Source: Somniosus microcephalus
Lineage: Eukaryota
Length of the DNA stretch: 64,000 nucleotides
Direction of reading: 5' to 3'
Assembly (NCBI GenBank): GCA_052327205.1
Contig: CM126221.1
Span: 76,570,001-76,634,000 of the forward strand
How positions within the stretch are numbered: the first letter of the stretch is position 1; every line of letters starts with the position of its first letter. Under the pieces are notes generated by a model. The model worked only from the letters and a program-made list of their open reading frames with translations. It was not told where the DNA came from and searched no databases. Below are positions 23,501 through 36,091 of this stretch, one piece after another. The translations under genes and the position numbers were made by a program.

Positions 23501-25304
23501 AGGTACTATGGGAGCTGCCCATTCCAAACATTTCACTGGCTCCAGTGTGTTCTCTCTCAATAGACAGTCAAGCTCAGCCTCTACCTTTGGCTTCATGGCA
23601 TAAGGCACAGGTTGTTGTTTAAAAAACCTTGGTGGTGCCTCCTTGTCTACATAAATCTTAGCTGGGGGGGCCATTAAATGTGCCAAGTTCCTCCTTGAAC
23701 ACATTCTCATGTTCACTCAACACTTCTTGCAAAGTCAACTGTTTGCCCGCATCTATTTGATGTACTGCTCCCCAGTCTAATTTAAGTTCTTTTATCCAGC
23801 CCCGACCTAACAGGTTTGGTCCGGTACCCGATACTATAACTACAGGTAGCTGTTCCACTATGTCCCTGTGTTGCACAGTTACCTTAGCTGTACCTAATGT
23901 TGCTACTCATTCACCTGTATATGTTTTAAGGTGCAGGGAGCAAGGCTTTAACTCTGGAACTTTTGCACGGTTCCACAATTTTGAGTACTCTGCCTTGTTC
24001 ATTATGGACATGCCGCACCCTGTATCCACTTCAAAGTTCACCTTAGAGTCATTTACTGTCAGTTGCAATGTGATAGGAGCCACTTTCGGGATGTTCTCTA
24101 ACATGCTATACATTATGAACATGTCCTCTTCTTCCTCAGCTTCCCCGCTGATGTGGTGTGCTCCATGTTTTTTCACTTCTCTCCCTTGGTTTTGCTGTCC
24201 TACCCCTTTTGGTTTGGATTCCTCCACAGGTGATTTCGCCCTGCAAGCTCGTTTTATGTGTCCTTGTTTCCCACACTTGTAGCACTTTTCCTCCAGAAAC
24301 CGGCATTCACTCGCCAGGTGATCGCCCTTGCATCTATAACATGCCTTCACATGCTCACGTTGTGGTTTCTGATGCATGTTCAACTTGTGCACAACAACCT
24401 GACCTGCAACTTGCATAGCATTAGCCCTGTCTGAACCCTGTATTTCTTTTATATCTCGGTTCACTGTCTCTATGGCTTGAGCAAGTTCCAATGCTTTTTC
24501 ATAAGTAAGCCCAGTCTCGGATAATAATCTACGTTGCATTCGGTCGTCCATTATTCCGCAAACTAGCCTATCTCTCAGCATTTCCTTCAGGTTGTTCCCA
24601 TAATTGCAATCTTGTGCCAATTTACGCAACACCGTGACATAGTCCATTACACTCTCTTCTTTTCTGTTCCTTGAATTAAACTTGAACTGCTGTACAATCT
24701 CACTAGGCTTAGGGTTGAAATGTTCTTTGAGCAAGGCCACTAATTCAACAAATGATTTGTCTCCAGGCTTTTCAGGACTGAGCAGATTCCTCATCAAACT
24801 GTAGGTCTGGCTTCCCACTGAACTAAGCAGAATGGCTTTCCTTTTTCCGGCATCATTTATTTCATTTGCTTCGAAAAAATAACCCAATGCTTCACAGTAT
24901 TCCTCCCAAGTTTGTGCTTGAATATCAAAAGCGGAGACCGTTCCTACCGTGGCAGCCATGCTTCCGTCCAATTTGCAGCTAACTTTAGCTCGTGAGTTTG
25001 TTCTTTAAAAGTCCCGGCAGACTTCACTTTTTCGTGCAGTGTCCTTTTTACCTCGTCACCAAATGTGATAAATCCATGTAGTGAGACAAGAACTCGAAGA
25101 GGCCAGATATTAGAATTAGTCCAGGTACTTTATTAACAACTGAGTAGCAACCATACAATCCTGCATCCTGGCATCCCACCTTTGCTGAACTTGACAGGAA
25201 GCAACCCCTGACCTTAACAGGAAGCAACCCCTGACCTTAGCAGCAGCATTGGCTACAGCACCACCTGGTGGATAACCTTAATCATAACATCCCAGATTAC
25301 TATA
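20599..25304 (-). mobile_element. Full-length Gypsy (Mag-like) LTR retrotransposon
   Basis: 241-bp LTRs at 20599-20839 and 25064-25304 with one mismatch; TSD ggtcc (20594-20598, 25305-25309); PBS tggtgacgagg resembling the complement of the tRNA-Ser(GCU) 3' end; PPT ggggggaggga at 20840-20850. Inserted in an old CR1 fragment. Confidence 0.97.
20941..24959 (-). pseudogene. Gypsy gag-pol (two CCHC knuckles, protease, RT, RNase H, integrase), disrupted
   Basis: CYRC..H....C and CYKC....H....C knuckles, VDTG, YLDD, SDHKPL, NADALSRLP, HHCC, HLDYAGP/VSDN/GLAERAV. In-frame TGA at 23907-23909 and frameshifts near 23665 and 22740. Confidence 0.95.
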
Positions 25305-25369
25305 GGTCCCCTCTTATACATCTCCTTTCAATGGTGAAGAGCACAAGTTTTTATAACCTTTCTCATCCA

Positions 25370-26060
25370 TGCCTTTGTTATCTCTAGACTTGACTATTCC
25401 AGTGCACTCCTGGCCGGCCTCCCACGTTCTACCCTCTGTAAACTTGAGGTCATTCAAAACTCTGCTGCCCGTGTCCGAACTCCTGTTCATCCATCACCCC
25501 TGTGCTCGCTGACCTACATTGGCTCCAGGTTAAGCAGCGCCTCGATTTTAAAATTCTCATCCTTGTTTTCAAATCCCTTCATGGCCTCGCCCCTCCCTAT
25601 CTCTGTAATCTCCTCCAGCCCCACAACCCCCCCAAGATATCTGCGCTCCTCTACTTCTGGTCTCTTGAGCATCCCTGATTATAATCGCTCCACCATTGGT
25701 GGCCGTGCCTTCAGCTGCCAAAGCCCTAAGCTCTGGAATTCCCTCCCTAAACCTCTCCTCCTCTCTACCTCTCTTTCCTCCTTTAAGACGCTCCTCATTA
25801 CAACAGTGACTATGCTCCAAAAGTACTTCATTGACTGTAATGCGCTTTGAGACGTCCAGTGGTCGTGAAAGGCGCTATAGAAATGCAAGTCTTTTTTTTT
25901 CTTCTTTTCAAAACCTAACTCTTTGGCCAAGCTTTTGGTCATCTGCTCTAATATCTCCTTATGTGGCTCGGTGACAAATTTTGTTTGATAATCGCTCCTG
26001 TGAAGCGCCTTGGGACGTTTTACTACGTCAAAGGCGCTATATAAATGCAAGTTGTTGTTT
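25370..26060 (+). mobile_element. L2 LINE 3' fragment with a Deu-SINE 3' piece inserted at about 25796-25892
   Basis: catcacccctgtgctcgctgacctacattggctcc (ITPVLADLHWL); 3' aaaggcgctatataaatgcaag(ttg)n. Confidence 0.88.
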
Positions 26061-26234
26061 CTTCATAACTCGTCCTTTGACTATAGGGAGCAGCCTCATC
26101 GCCCTTCTCCGCACACCATCTCATGCCACAATTGTTAATCCTTTGCATGAACATTATGACATATCGAGGGCACAGCGTGGACAGATAGCCAGTGTTCACT
26201 CTGACTTTGAAGTCAGTGTCATAACTTTGAAGCG

Positions 26235-26395
26235 TCATTATCACATTGCTGTGTGTGGGAGCTTGCTGTGCAGAAATTGCTGTGCTGCCCGCGTTTCCCA
26301 CATTACAATGGTGGCTACACTTCAAAAAAAAAGTACTTCATTGGCTGTAAAGCGCTCCGGGACGTGAAAGACGCTATAGAAATGCAAGTCTTTCT
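26235..26395 (+). mobile_element. Deu-domain SINE 3' fragment
   Basis: Matches the 3' third of the intact copies. Confidence 0.8.
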
Positions 26396-28290
26396 TTGTA
26401 ACTGACCAAGGCAACACTCTCTTTTCCCAACAGGAATAACAATCAGGTCAGCAGGTTGTAATCGAATCTCAAAATTCGGATGATGGTTACGAACCACTCA
26501 GGCTGTTCTCCCATGGTTTATGGGAAGTCATTTGAACCTCTTGATGAAGTTATTTGCCCGCAGTCGCATTCATTACTCGCAATAAAAACATGTTCATTAC
26601 CAGAAAGACCTTTCCAGAACATTCATGTCCTGCCTCGCCTGTAGCTGTGGGTAAAAAAAAGAAGTAATTTGGTTGTATTTGTGATCGCGCGGCTGAAATG
26701 CTGCAGCACAAAAAAAAAGCCAAGCGAAGGGATCACAGAAATATCACACTTAACTCTTTATTTCTGTGTTGTGTACAAAGGATTTCAAGGACGCTTCGCT
26801 GAGATGGGAGGAGGGGAACCACCTCAAAAAATAAAGCTCTTCGCTCACTTTAACTTGGGTAGAAATTAGAAAATTATTTCCTGGCGTAGCTCTGTACCAC
26901 ATGGCATTAGGAAGACCATCTGGAAGTGAAGCTGGAAACCCGATATTGTGCAATTTGGAAACAAAATTATTTAGGGTTTCTTTAAAAAAAAAATACCCTG
27001 TAAATTAAAAGTACTTTGTGAACAGGAATGAATGCCATTCAGAGAATTTTAAAATCCTGTTTAAATAACTATTTGCCCAGTGCAGGGGAATGTATAAATG
27101 CAGTGCCTTTTAAAACAGTTCGCCAGCGTCTGTGTCTGTCAGTGAACCTTGGCAACAAAGTTAATTAAAAAAAAAGGGAAGCAAGATCACAATTTGAGAA
27201 AGGTTCCTTTTATGCTGAATGATTGCTCAACCAATAAAACAGCACGCTTCTGGTAATCACTTCCCCCTTCCTGTCTTATATATATATATATTAAAAAAAT
27301 CAAAATTTGATATTCATTTACAGCTTCAGAAGTGCCCCATTCGACAATCACGGGCTGAGAACATGTGGCACTGGGAACGTGCAAATTTCTGCACTTAGAT
27401 ACGTGGTCGGGAGAAAAGAAGGGGAGAGGGCTGCTGTTCACTGGAGTAGACCTCCCGTGACTGATGGAGATGGTGTTGGGGGGGGGGAGGGGATTGGTGG
27501 CATGGAATGTGCTTGAAATCGCTGTTTGACCAGACATGAGGCCTGCTCACATTCCAGCCTTTTACATAGCTTTCATTGTTCTGTAAATCAGACACAGGCT
27601 ATGCCTAATGAATAAGGATTTTTCAAAGAGTTCTATTGTTAAATATTGGCTAGCACAGAGGCAGGTGAATGAATGCCTAAATTTTTATTTATCTACGGAC
27701 AGTAACGTTCATTGCCCTTGGTCACAATATCAAGAGTATATCAATGTTATTTAGGCACTTAAGCCTTCTAAGGATTAAAGCCCAGTCGCTACCTTCTGAT
27801 TAGTATCAGTCGCAGGCAGCATTGCAAATGGTTGATTTCTTACTATTAGAACCTGAATAAAAGTGACATTTTCTAAAACAGGCAAGATGTCAAAACCTAA
27901 AAGAAAACTTTAATCAGAATTTTATTTTGTGGTTTTTTCCGGTTCACCAATTGACCTCACCAACAGCTTAAAACCGACATCGGAACGAGTGTTATTTTCC
28001 CCCTGTTCTGAGGTAAGATTGAAAAATGTTGCTCCCATTACAACCTACATTGTAGAGGAGCCATGCGCTGACTGTTACCCTTAGATTGTGAAGCTCCATG
28101 TTGATTATAGGAGACAAGATATTTAAGGCTAAACCTAAACCTCAATAATCTTGGATCATCACATCTCAAGCGACACGTTGATTTTCACTGGTAAAAACCG
28201 AAGATGGAGTATTTAGTTTAAAGAAAGCTTTGCTGTTCTGTTTTAAATCCCTTTCATGTTTCTTTGTGCCACTAGTTCCCACCCAAGCAG

Positions 28291-28742
28291 TGTCAGCCGT
28301 GGCTCAGTGGGCAGCACTCTCACTTCTGAGTCAGAAGGTTGTGGGTTCAAGTCCCACTCCATGAGACTTGAGCACATAAATCTAGGCTGACACTCGCAGT
28401 GCTGAGGGAGTGCTGCACTATCGGAGGTGCCGTCTTTCACATGAGACGTTAAACCGCGGCCCCGTCTGCTCTCTCAGGTGGATGTAAAAGATCCCACGAC
28501 ACTATTTTGAAGAAGAGAAGGGGAGTTCTCCCCGGTGTCCTGGGCCAATATTTATCCCTCAATCAACATCACTAAAAACAGATTATCATGTTGCTGTTTT
28601 GTGGGATCTTGCTGTGCGCAAATTGGCTGCCGTGTTACCTACATTACAACAGTGACTGCACTTCAAAAATTACTTAGCTGTAAAGCGCTTTGGGACATCT
28701 TGGGGTTGTGAAAGGTGCTATAGAAATGCAAGACTTTCTTTT
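28291..28742 (+). mobile_element. Deu-domain SINE, near full length
   Basis: tgtcagccgtggctcagtggg...ggttcaagtccc head, Deu core and L2-like tail. Confidence 0.92.
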
Positions 28743-28980
28743 TTTTCAAACATACATAATTTTGCATTCATCATTTACCAGTCCTGAATTACCATTCACT
28801 GTTCTCTGGTCAACATTCCCCACCCACCATTATACAGTCACCAAAAATCGCCCCTGGCCACCATGCACCATTGCACTGTTCCCCAAACAAAGTACAAACA
28901 AGACACCTCCGCATGAACTCCTATCAGTGCCACTCTGTAAGCAGTTGCTAGAAATTGCACAGGGTAACCGAAGGATATAT

Positions 28981-29406
28981 TGGGGTTGAGTTTGACTTTG
29001 TGCATTAGTGTAAAATGGGCGATAGCGAGTCGGAAGTCAGTATAGAACTAGGGCGGGGGGGCATAGTCTCAGGATAAGGGGTCGGCCATTTAAGACTGAG
29101 ATGGGGAGAAACTTCTTCACTCAGAGGGTGATGAATCTTTGGAATTCTCTACCCCAGAGGGCTGTGGAGGCTCAGTCATTGAGTATATTCAACACAGAGA
29201 TCGATAGATTTTTGGATATTAAGGGAATCAAGGGATATGGGGATAGTGCAGGAAAGTGGAGTTGAGGTAGAAGATCAGCCATGATCTTATTGAATGGCGG
29301 AGCAGGCTCGAGGGGCCGTTTGGCCGACTCCTGCTCCTAATTCTTATGTTCTAATGATTCGCTATCACTTGTTCTACACGGTCGCTTAAAGTCAAGATCT
29401 ACCCCA
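28981..29406. mobile_element. Palindromic MITE with a CR1 3' end inserted at about 29045-29352
   Basis: Ends tggggttgagtttgactttg / taaagtcaagatctacccca are inverted repeats (16/20). Inner arms gatagcgagtc / gattcgctatc. Confidence 0.7.
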
Positions 29407-30544
29407 ATCAGTTTGAAGTCTGTTGACACACACTGCAGGCTGAGCAGGAAAACTATTATTGATTCGCCGTACTCCTGACAAAGTGAAGTTATTTCTGTCC
29501 AAAAAAAATGAATTATCCAATTAAGCAATTGAAATAAAATAGCACAGAAGGCTTTTTTTTTTAGCACAATTCGAAATTGAATTATCCAGAGATTTAAATG
29601 AAGCTGATCAGCAGGAGAAGACTATTGGTCTCATTTTAGGAGGATTGTGAAATGTACATTAGTGTCTTGATGCCATTTTTGGAAATATAAATATTTATAT
29701 CAATTACATTAGAAAAATGATGTCACTTTCAATAGACTAACCAGCGGCCAATATAAATCATTGCTTGCCTTTATACTTAGTGAAGTACCATAATTACCTC
29801 ACCTGCACTTCACAGAACAACCTGTGTCTTTTCACCTCCTTCTACGGCCTCCGGCATTAAGAGCTCTTCAGCAGGGGTCACGGATTTTTATTACGTTTAT
29901 ACTTCTTCCAACTGCTCGCGTGATCTTTGATGTTTAGGCCAGAAAATTCATGACCGTGCAGAAAACGGGAGGAAACGGCCCGGAGATTGGGGCGGCTGAC
30001 GGAACTCACACGGCCGATATTTGGGACTGGAATATGTGTGCGCTTTCTGCGAGTGCTCCCACACAGCCTGAGGGAGCGTTCATACTTGGGAGCACAGGCA
30101 GCAGACAGGAATTTAAAGCGCTCCAGTAGCCATTTAAATGGCTGCATTCCCGCCTACAACACAAGGCAAGGAATTTTGAGCCAGTCACATTCCGACGCCA
30201 TTGATGCTCCGTGCCCACACACATCCAGGTTCAACAGATGCCACACTCGAATGAAGTGCGCTCATCTGATGTTTATTTTTTGTGTTATTTCAATAAACTG
30301 ATTCAATTCGCCTTCAGCTTCAAACGTCAGACAGCAGATAGTGGCTGAAGCGATGTAAAGGAGGCCCACCCACCCACCTTTGGCACTAAAGGGCACTTTC
30401 CACAGGAAAGAGCAGTGAAAGAAGCAAGCGATCATTGACAGGCTGTAAACCGCCCGAGTGCAAATGCGGAAGAAGCTGGCAGACCTGAGGAAAGCCGTCA
30501 AGGCTACCTGACAATTTCCTCTACCAAATAGCTGCCTTAAGTGT

Positions 30545-30880
30545 GATGTGGAGATGCCGGTGTTGGACTGGGGTGGACAAATGTAAGAAGTCACACAACA
30601 CCAGGTTATAGTCCAACAGCTTTATTTGAAATCACAAGCTTTCGGAGCGCTGCTCCTTCGTCAGGTGAAGTGGAGAGATGCATATAGGCACAGCATATAT
30701 AATCAGAGAATACTGCCAGATGATTACAGGTAATCTTTCTAACTGCCCTTTATCACACCTCGGCAGAGAGATAATCACAGCAAAGGTGTGAATGGTGTCC
30801 AAACAGGTCAGTCAGGAAAACATTACATCAAAGAACAATGAGGTGTTAAGTGCACATGCATGGACGTATTTCCCCATAAC
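30545..30880 (-). mobile_element. PLE-type pLTR fragment (family C)
   Basis: Contains a clean hammerhead motif followed on the minus strand by aataaa. Sequence is unrelated to families A and B outside the core. Right boundary uncertain. Confidence 0.6.
30632..30668 (-). ncRNA. Minimal type-I hammerhead ribozyme motif, intact core
   Basis: tcac-CTGACGA-a-ggagc agc gctcc-GAAAG-CTT-gtga; stem III is the palindrome AAGCTT. Confidence 0.82.
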
Positions 30881-31149
30881 TTAGTACCCTTTTCGATTTC
30901 CCCTATCTACCATACAACCCTTTGCAGGCTTACCAAGACTGAGATTGCTAGGTTTTTGTGCGGTATGGGTGTCAAGGGATATGGAGCTAAGGCAGGTAAA
31001 TGGAGTTGAGGTACAGATCAGCCCTGATCTAATTGAATGGTGGAATAGTCTCCAGGGGCTGAATGGCCTCCTCCTGTTCCTATGTAAAAACGCACTTACA
31101 TCTGAAACTGTAGCCTGTAATCTGAATAGGGTTTCACCCAGCATAACCA

Positions 31150-31280
31150 TCACCTCCGACAGTGCAGCACTCCCTCAGCACTTCACTGGAGTGTAAGCCT
31201 AGATTTTTGTGCTCAAGTCTCTGGAGTGGGGCTTGAACCCACGACCTTCTGACTCAGAGGCGAGAGTGTTACCCACTGAG
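31150..31280 (-). mobile_element. Deu-domain SINE 5' fragment (a CR1 tail lies just upstream at about 30935-31085)
   Basis: Reverse complement of the tRNA-like head and the start of the Deu core. Confidence 0.8.
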
Positions 31281-31517
31281 GGGAAGGGGAAGGTGACATT
31301 GTAGGGCATGTTGTTTTTGTTATGTCTTCTTCTCACTCCCTCACACACGGGCATACAGTAAAACAGAAAACCATCATACTCAATATATTGCAGCCAGCAT
31401 TAGATGCTGCTGTTCTGTTCTTGTAGGCCTGGAAGAACAGCCTACCAGTTCTGCGAGTGATTCCAGCATCAACTGTCACGAGCATCCCTGCAGCCAGATG
31501 CATCCCTAGAGGATGTA

Positions 31518-31851
31518 CAGGAAACTCTCTTTTAACCGGCACCTAAATAACCAGAAATCTCTGTTAACCGGCAAAATTCAGGAGTAGGTTCAGGTAAGTT
31601 TTACTTCATATTAGTGGCAGTTCCTGGATCTGTGGCTGTGTAACTGGGGTTCGTGCACTTGTTGCTAAGCAACAGGGACGCTTGGTCTGTGGCCGGAGTT
31701 CCTGCACATGTTGCTAAGCAACAGGGAAGCCTGGATTTGTTGCTGTGTACGGAGCTCTCGTACCTTTTAAACTATACCTCTGTAATCTGGACTTTTTGAT
31801 AAACCGGCACCACGCCGGTCCCGTCGGTGCCGGATAATAAAGAGTTTCCTG
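31518..31851. mobile_element. Tc1/mariner (pogo/Tigger-like) MITE
   Basis: 26-bp TIRs caggaaactctcttttaaccggcacc / ggtgccggataataaagagtttcctg (3 mismatches), flanked by TA on both sides. Confidence 0.88.
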
Positions 31852-32917
31852 TAGATAGGGCGCTTGAAGAGGCAGCATCAGGGGACACGTCAGGAGGATC
31901 GAGTGGTGGTAGAAGAGGGGCAGGAACCCGCTGAATGGAGGGCCAACCTGGTCCCTTCCTCAACTGTAGTGCCCAGGGATTCGATATAAAAGGAATCTGA
32001 GCTGCAGTCATCTGAGCTGGACCCAGAAAGCCCTGCAAGATCTGGCTAGGAGTACACAGGAATCCACTAGCTGCATCAGAAGGCTTCTCTGCACGGCAGT
32101 CTACAATGGAGGACGTGCCAACTCCAGGGCCATCCCAGTCAGCCTCCACTAGAACCTAGGAATCCTTGAATCAGACGACACAGTGTTTTAAAATGTTCAT
32201 AATTGGCCTTTAACAAACTAAAACTGGCATTTCTTTATAACTTGTTGATAATGTTTGCTAACCCATTTCTGAAGGGTAGAAATCCTCAAAGTGGTGCTAA
32301 ACACAAATGAATAATCTCCCAGTCCTTTCTACCAACATACTCCCACTCGTCACTTATCTCCATTTTTCCATTAGCATTAGCAAACAAGTCAAAACATAAC
32401 CCCTCGTGATAACGCTGTGTTGTGTTTACGCTTTGTTGGTGAAGTGATTCACCACTCAAAAGTTAAGAGGGAAATGCAGGGCCAAATTATAAATGAGAAG
32501 TTGTTCAGAAAAATAAAATAACAAATCACATAACTCTGACGCCAAGCCACCTACCTCACAAGTGTCATGCAAACCAACTGGTTAGTAACCCGGTGCGTCC
32601 AAGTCATGTGCCCGGCCTCTCCTAGTCTGAGCTTAAAAAATCTGCAATGGATTTTTTTTTAAATCACTGTGACTTATTCTATTTACTGCAATGAAGTTTG
32701 GCAGTGATGATGTGCGGATAGTCTCAGAGACTGTGTGATGTAACCAGCTGCACACTGCCTCACCACTTCACCATTTGAAATACAAAATGAAGCTATAAAT
32801 ATCAGCATACATAGCAGGGTTTTGGCTTGGAATAATGCTTCTCCTTCCTCGATTTTCTCCTCTTTTTCTTAAGGCATTTACTCCTGTCGAGGTACAGATC
32901 CAGGGGCGCTCGAAGCC

Positions 32918-33775
32918 TTAGAAACATAGAACAATAGGAGCAGGAGTCGGCATTCGGCCCCTCGAGCCTGCTCCACCATTCAATATGATCATGGCTGATC
33001 CTCTATCGCAATACCATATTGACGCTTTCTCCCCATGCCCCTTGATGACTTTTGTGTTTAGAAACATAGAAACAAAGAAGATAGGAGCAGGAGTAGGCCA
33101 TTCGGCCCCTCGAGCCTGCTCCGCCATTCAATGCGATCATGGCTGATCTTCCAAATTCAGTACCCTGTCCCTGCTTTCTCCCCATACCCCTTGATCCCCT
33201 TAGCCTTAAGAAATATATCCAACTCCTTCTTGAATATATTTAATGAATTGGCCTCAACTGTCTTCTGTGGTAGAGAATTCCACAGGTTCACCACTCTCTG
33301 GGTGAAGAAATTCCTCCTCATCTCAGTCCTAAATGGCTTACCCCTTATCTTTAGACAGTAACCCCTGGTTCTGGACACCCCCACCATCGGGAACAGCCTT
33401 CCTGTATCTAGTCTGTCCAGTCCTGTTAGAATTTTATAAGTTTCAATGAGATCCCCTCTCATTCTTCTAAACTCTAGCGAATATAAGCCCAATCGACCCA
33501 ATCTCTCCTCATACGTCATTCCTGCCATCCCAGGTATCAAGAAATCTATCTATCTCCTTCTTAAATATATTCAGTGACTTGGCCTCCACAGCCTTCTGTG
33601 GTAGAGAATTCCACAGGTTCACCACCCTCTGAGTGAAGAAATTTCTCCTCATCTCAGTTCTAAATGTCCTACCCCGTATCCTGAGACTGTGACCCCTCGT
33701 TCTAGACCCCCCAGCCAGGGGAAACATCCTCCCTGCATCCAGTCTGTCTAACCCTGTCAGAATTTTATACGTTTA
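32918..33775 (-). mobile_element. Nested CR1 3' fragments
   Basis: Tails at about 32920 and 33060. The 33057-33538 copy interrupts an older copy that resumes at about 33539. Confidence 0.88.
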
Positions 33776-34129
33776 CCAATACCTTTGCCAAGTGCTCATT
33801 CTGTGCGGGAGTGTTTACAGTGAGCGTCAGTGGGATAGTTTATCAGGGAGCTTCACAAACTCCTGTACATGGAGTAATCTGTCTACGGCCTATCAGCTCG
33901 TTAGATTTGGCTGGCTGGCTCCTCATTCCAGGAGCACCGAGCCCCACTCCCCTCACCAGCAGTAAGCCTGGAGAGGGAACCAAACCGCTATCAGAGCAGC
34001 CTCAGCCCAAATCTAGCTAGTCGCCAGAGGCTCTTCACTGCCCGAGACCAGGAGGCTCTACGTCTCAATGCCTAGCACCAGTATAGTGCCCCCTGCCGCC
34101 TCTGCCACATCTCCCCTTCTGCCGCTTGT

Positions 34130-34862
34130 TTTCTTCTTAGGCAGTCCCTCAGAACCGAGGATGACTTGCTTCCACATTAAAAATGAGTTCTCAGTTGACT
34201 GATGAGTCCAATGCGGGACCTACAATCTCTGTCACAGGTGGGGCAGACTGTGGTTGAAGGGGCGGGTGGGTGGGGTGCTTGGGTTGACGTGCGCTCCTTG
34301 CACTGCCTGCGCTTGACTTCCGCTTGCTCCCGGCGAAGAGACTCGAGGTGTTCGGCGCCTTCCCGGATGCTTCTCCTCCACTTTGTGCGATCTTGGGCTA
34401 GGGATTCCCAGGTGTCGGTGGGGATGTTACACTTTTTCAAGGAGGCTTTGAGGGTGTCCTTGAAGCATTTCCTCTGCCCACCTGGGGCTCTCTTGCGGTG
34501 TCGGAGCTCCGAGTAGAGCGCTTGTTTTGGGAGTCTCATATTGGGCATGCGGACAATGTGGCCCGTCCATCAGAGCTGATTGAGCGTGGTCAAAGCTTCG
34601 ATGCTGGGGATGTTGGCCTGAGCAAGAACACTGACATTGGTGCGCCTATCCTGCCAATGAATTTGCAGGATCTTGCGGAGGCAGCATTGGTGGTACCTCT
34701 CCAGTGCTTTGAAGTGCCTGCTGTACATGGTCCATATCTCTGAGGCATACAGTAGGGCGGGTATCACTGCTGCTCTGTAGACCATGAGCTTAGTACCGGG
34801 TTTGAGGTCCTGGTCTTCAAACACTCTCTTCCTCAGGCAACCGAAGGCTGCACTGACACACT
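34130..34862 (-). mobile_element. RTE-clade LINE 3' fragment
   Basis: TKLMVYRAAVIPALLYASE.W, RLPKQALYSEL...GGQRK.FKDTLK and a C-terminal CPTC...GLIS.LRTH zinc finger. Confidence 0.9.
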
Positions 34863-35079
34863 CTGAAGGGTTGCCATCTCTGCCTGGACATATTCCTGGA
34901 GGGGTCATCATGTGATCTCCTTCCCCCAGCCGATCCACCCCCGACTCTGGTGGTCGCCCAACATGTCCATCCTCACAGCGCAGCACCTTCCCATGGCCAA
35001 TTGGAAAGCGAATAGACTCTTTGTTACCCGAATGGATAATCTTTGATGTCAAACAGTCTTTTTTTCCCCCATGTATGAA

Positions 35080-35545
35080 CCGTGGCTCAGTGGGCAGCAC
35101 CCTCGCCTCTGAGTCAGGAGGTCATGGATTCATAGTTCCACTCCAAGAGACTTGAGCACAAAGATCTAGACTGACACTCCCAGTGCAGTGCTGAGGGAGT
35201 GCTGCATTGCCGGAGGTGCCGTCTTTTGGATGAGACGTTAAACTGAGGCTCCGTCTGCTCTGATTTGTTATGTGGATGTAAAAGATCCCATGGCACTATT
35301 TTGAAGAAGAGCAGGGGAGTTCTCCCCGGTGTCCTGGGGCCAATATTTATCCCTCAATCAACATCACTAAAACAGATTATCTGGTCATTATCACATTGCT
35401 GTTTTGTGGGATCTTGCTGTGTTCAAATTGGCTGCCGCGTTTCCTACATTACAACAATGACTACACTTCAAAAAGTACTTCATTGGCTGTAAAGCGCTTT
35501 GGGACATCCTGAGGTCGTGAAAGGCGCTGGAGAAGTGCAAGTCTT
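35080..35545 (+). mobile_element. Deu-domain SINE, near full length
   Basis: Same head, core and tail as the 28291 copy. Confidence 0.9.
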
Positions 35546-36091
35546 TCAAGTCCGATATATTTTAGTACTAGTTCAAAGAAAATTAAAAAATGCCCCTCTG
35601 AGTTTTTCTCCCGGGTTTGCTGGCTGCAATGTCCCGGAGATGAATCTTTAATTGTTGAAGACTCCGGGCAATCCAGGAGGGTTGGCGACTCTACCCACTT
35701 GTCTGCGGAATTCCGGAGTCTTGCTTTTTCTGCCTTGGCTCCTTGACCCTGGAAAAGTGCAGTTTGGCTGCTCCAGCTAAATGAAGATGGAGGAAAAAAA
35801 ATACCCAATAATGAATCCCTCTCATACAGAGTAACTTCAGTGAGAATTAAAAGCGCTATTACTGTGATCCCGTAATGACAGAGCAATCCTTCACAGAGAG
35901 AGCTAGACAAACAAATGGAAGAATAGGACTGCATCACTATAGGTAAACCGTTCTGTCCTGTCATCCTTGATGTATTTTACTGAAAGCGAGAAAGGGACAA
36001 AAGGAAAAATGCACAAATCAGCGTGCCCTGTGCAAGGGTCTTTATTCTGATCCTGAGCATAATCCGACCATGGGGAACATTTAAGAAAGAA

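Noticed and set aside
27967-28018. Possible micro-exon (caacag...ctgag/gtaaga)
   Set aside because: The polypyrimidine tract is weak, the peptide is unrecognisable and no partner exons are visible. RNA-seq would be needed to support it.
28291-28365. tRNA-like sequences with A and B boxes (also near 12645, 35080, 40495 and 61985)
   Set aside because: They are SINE heads continuous with the Deu core and lack a complete cloverleaf.
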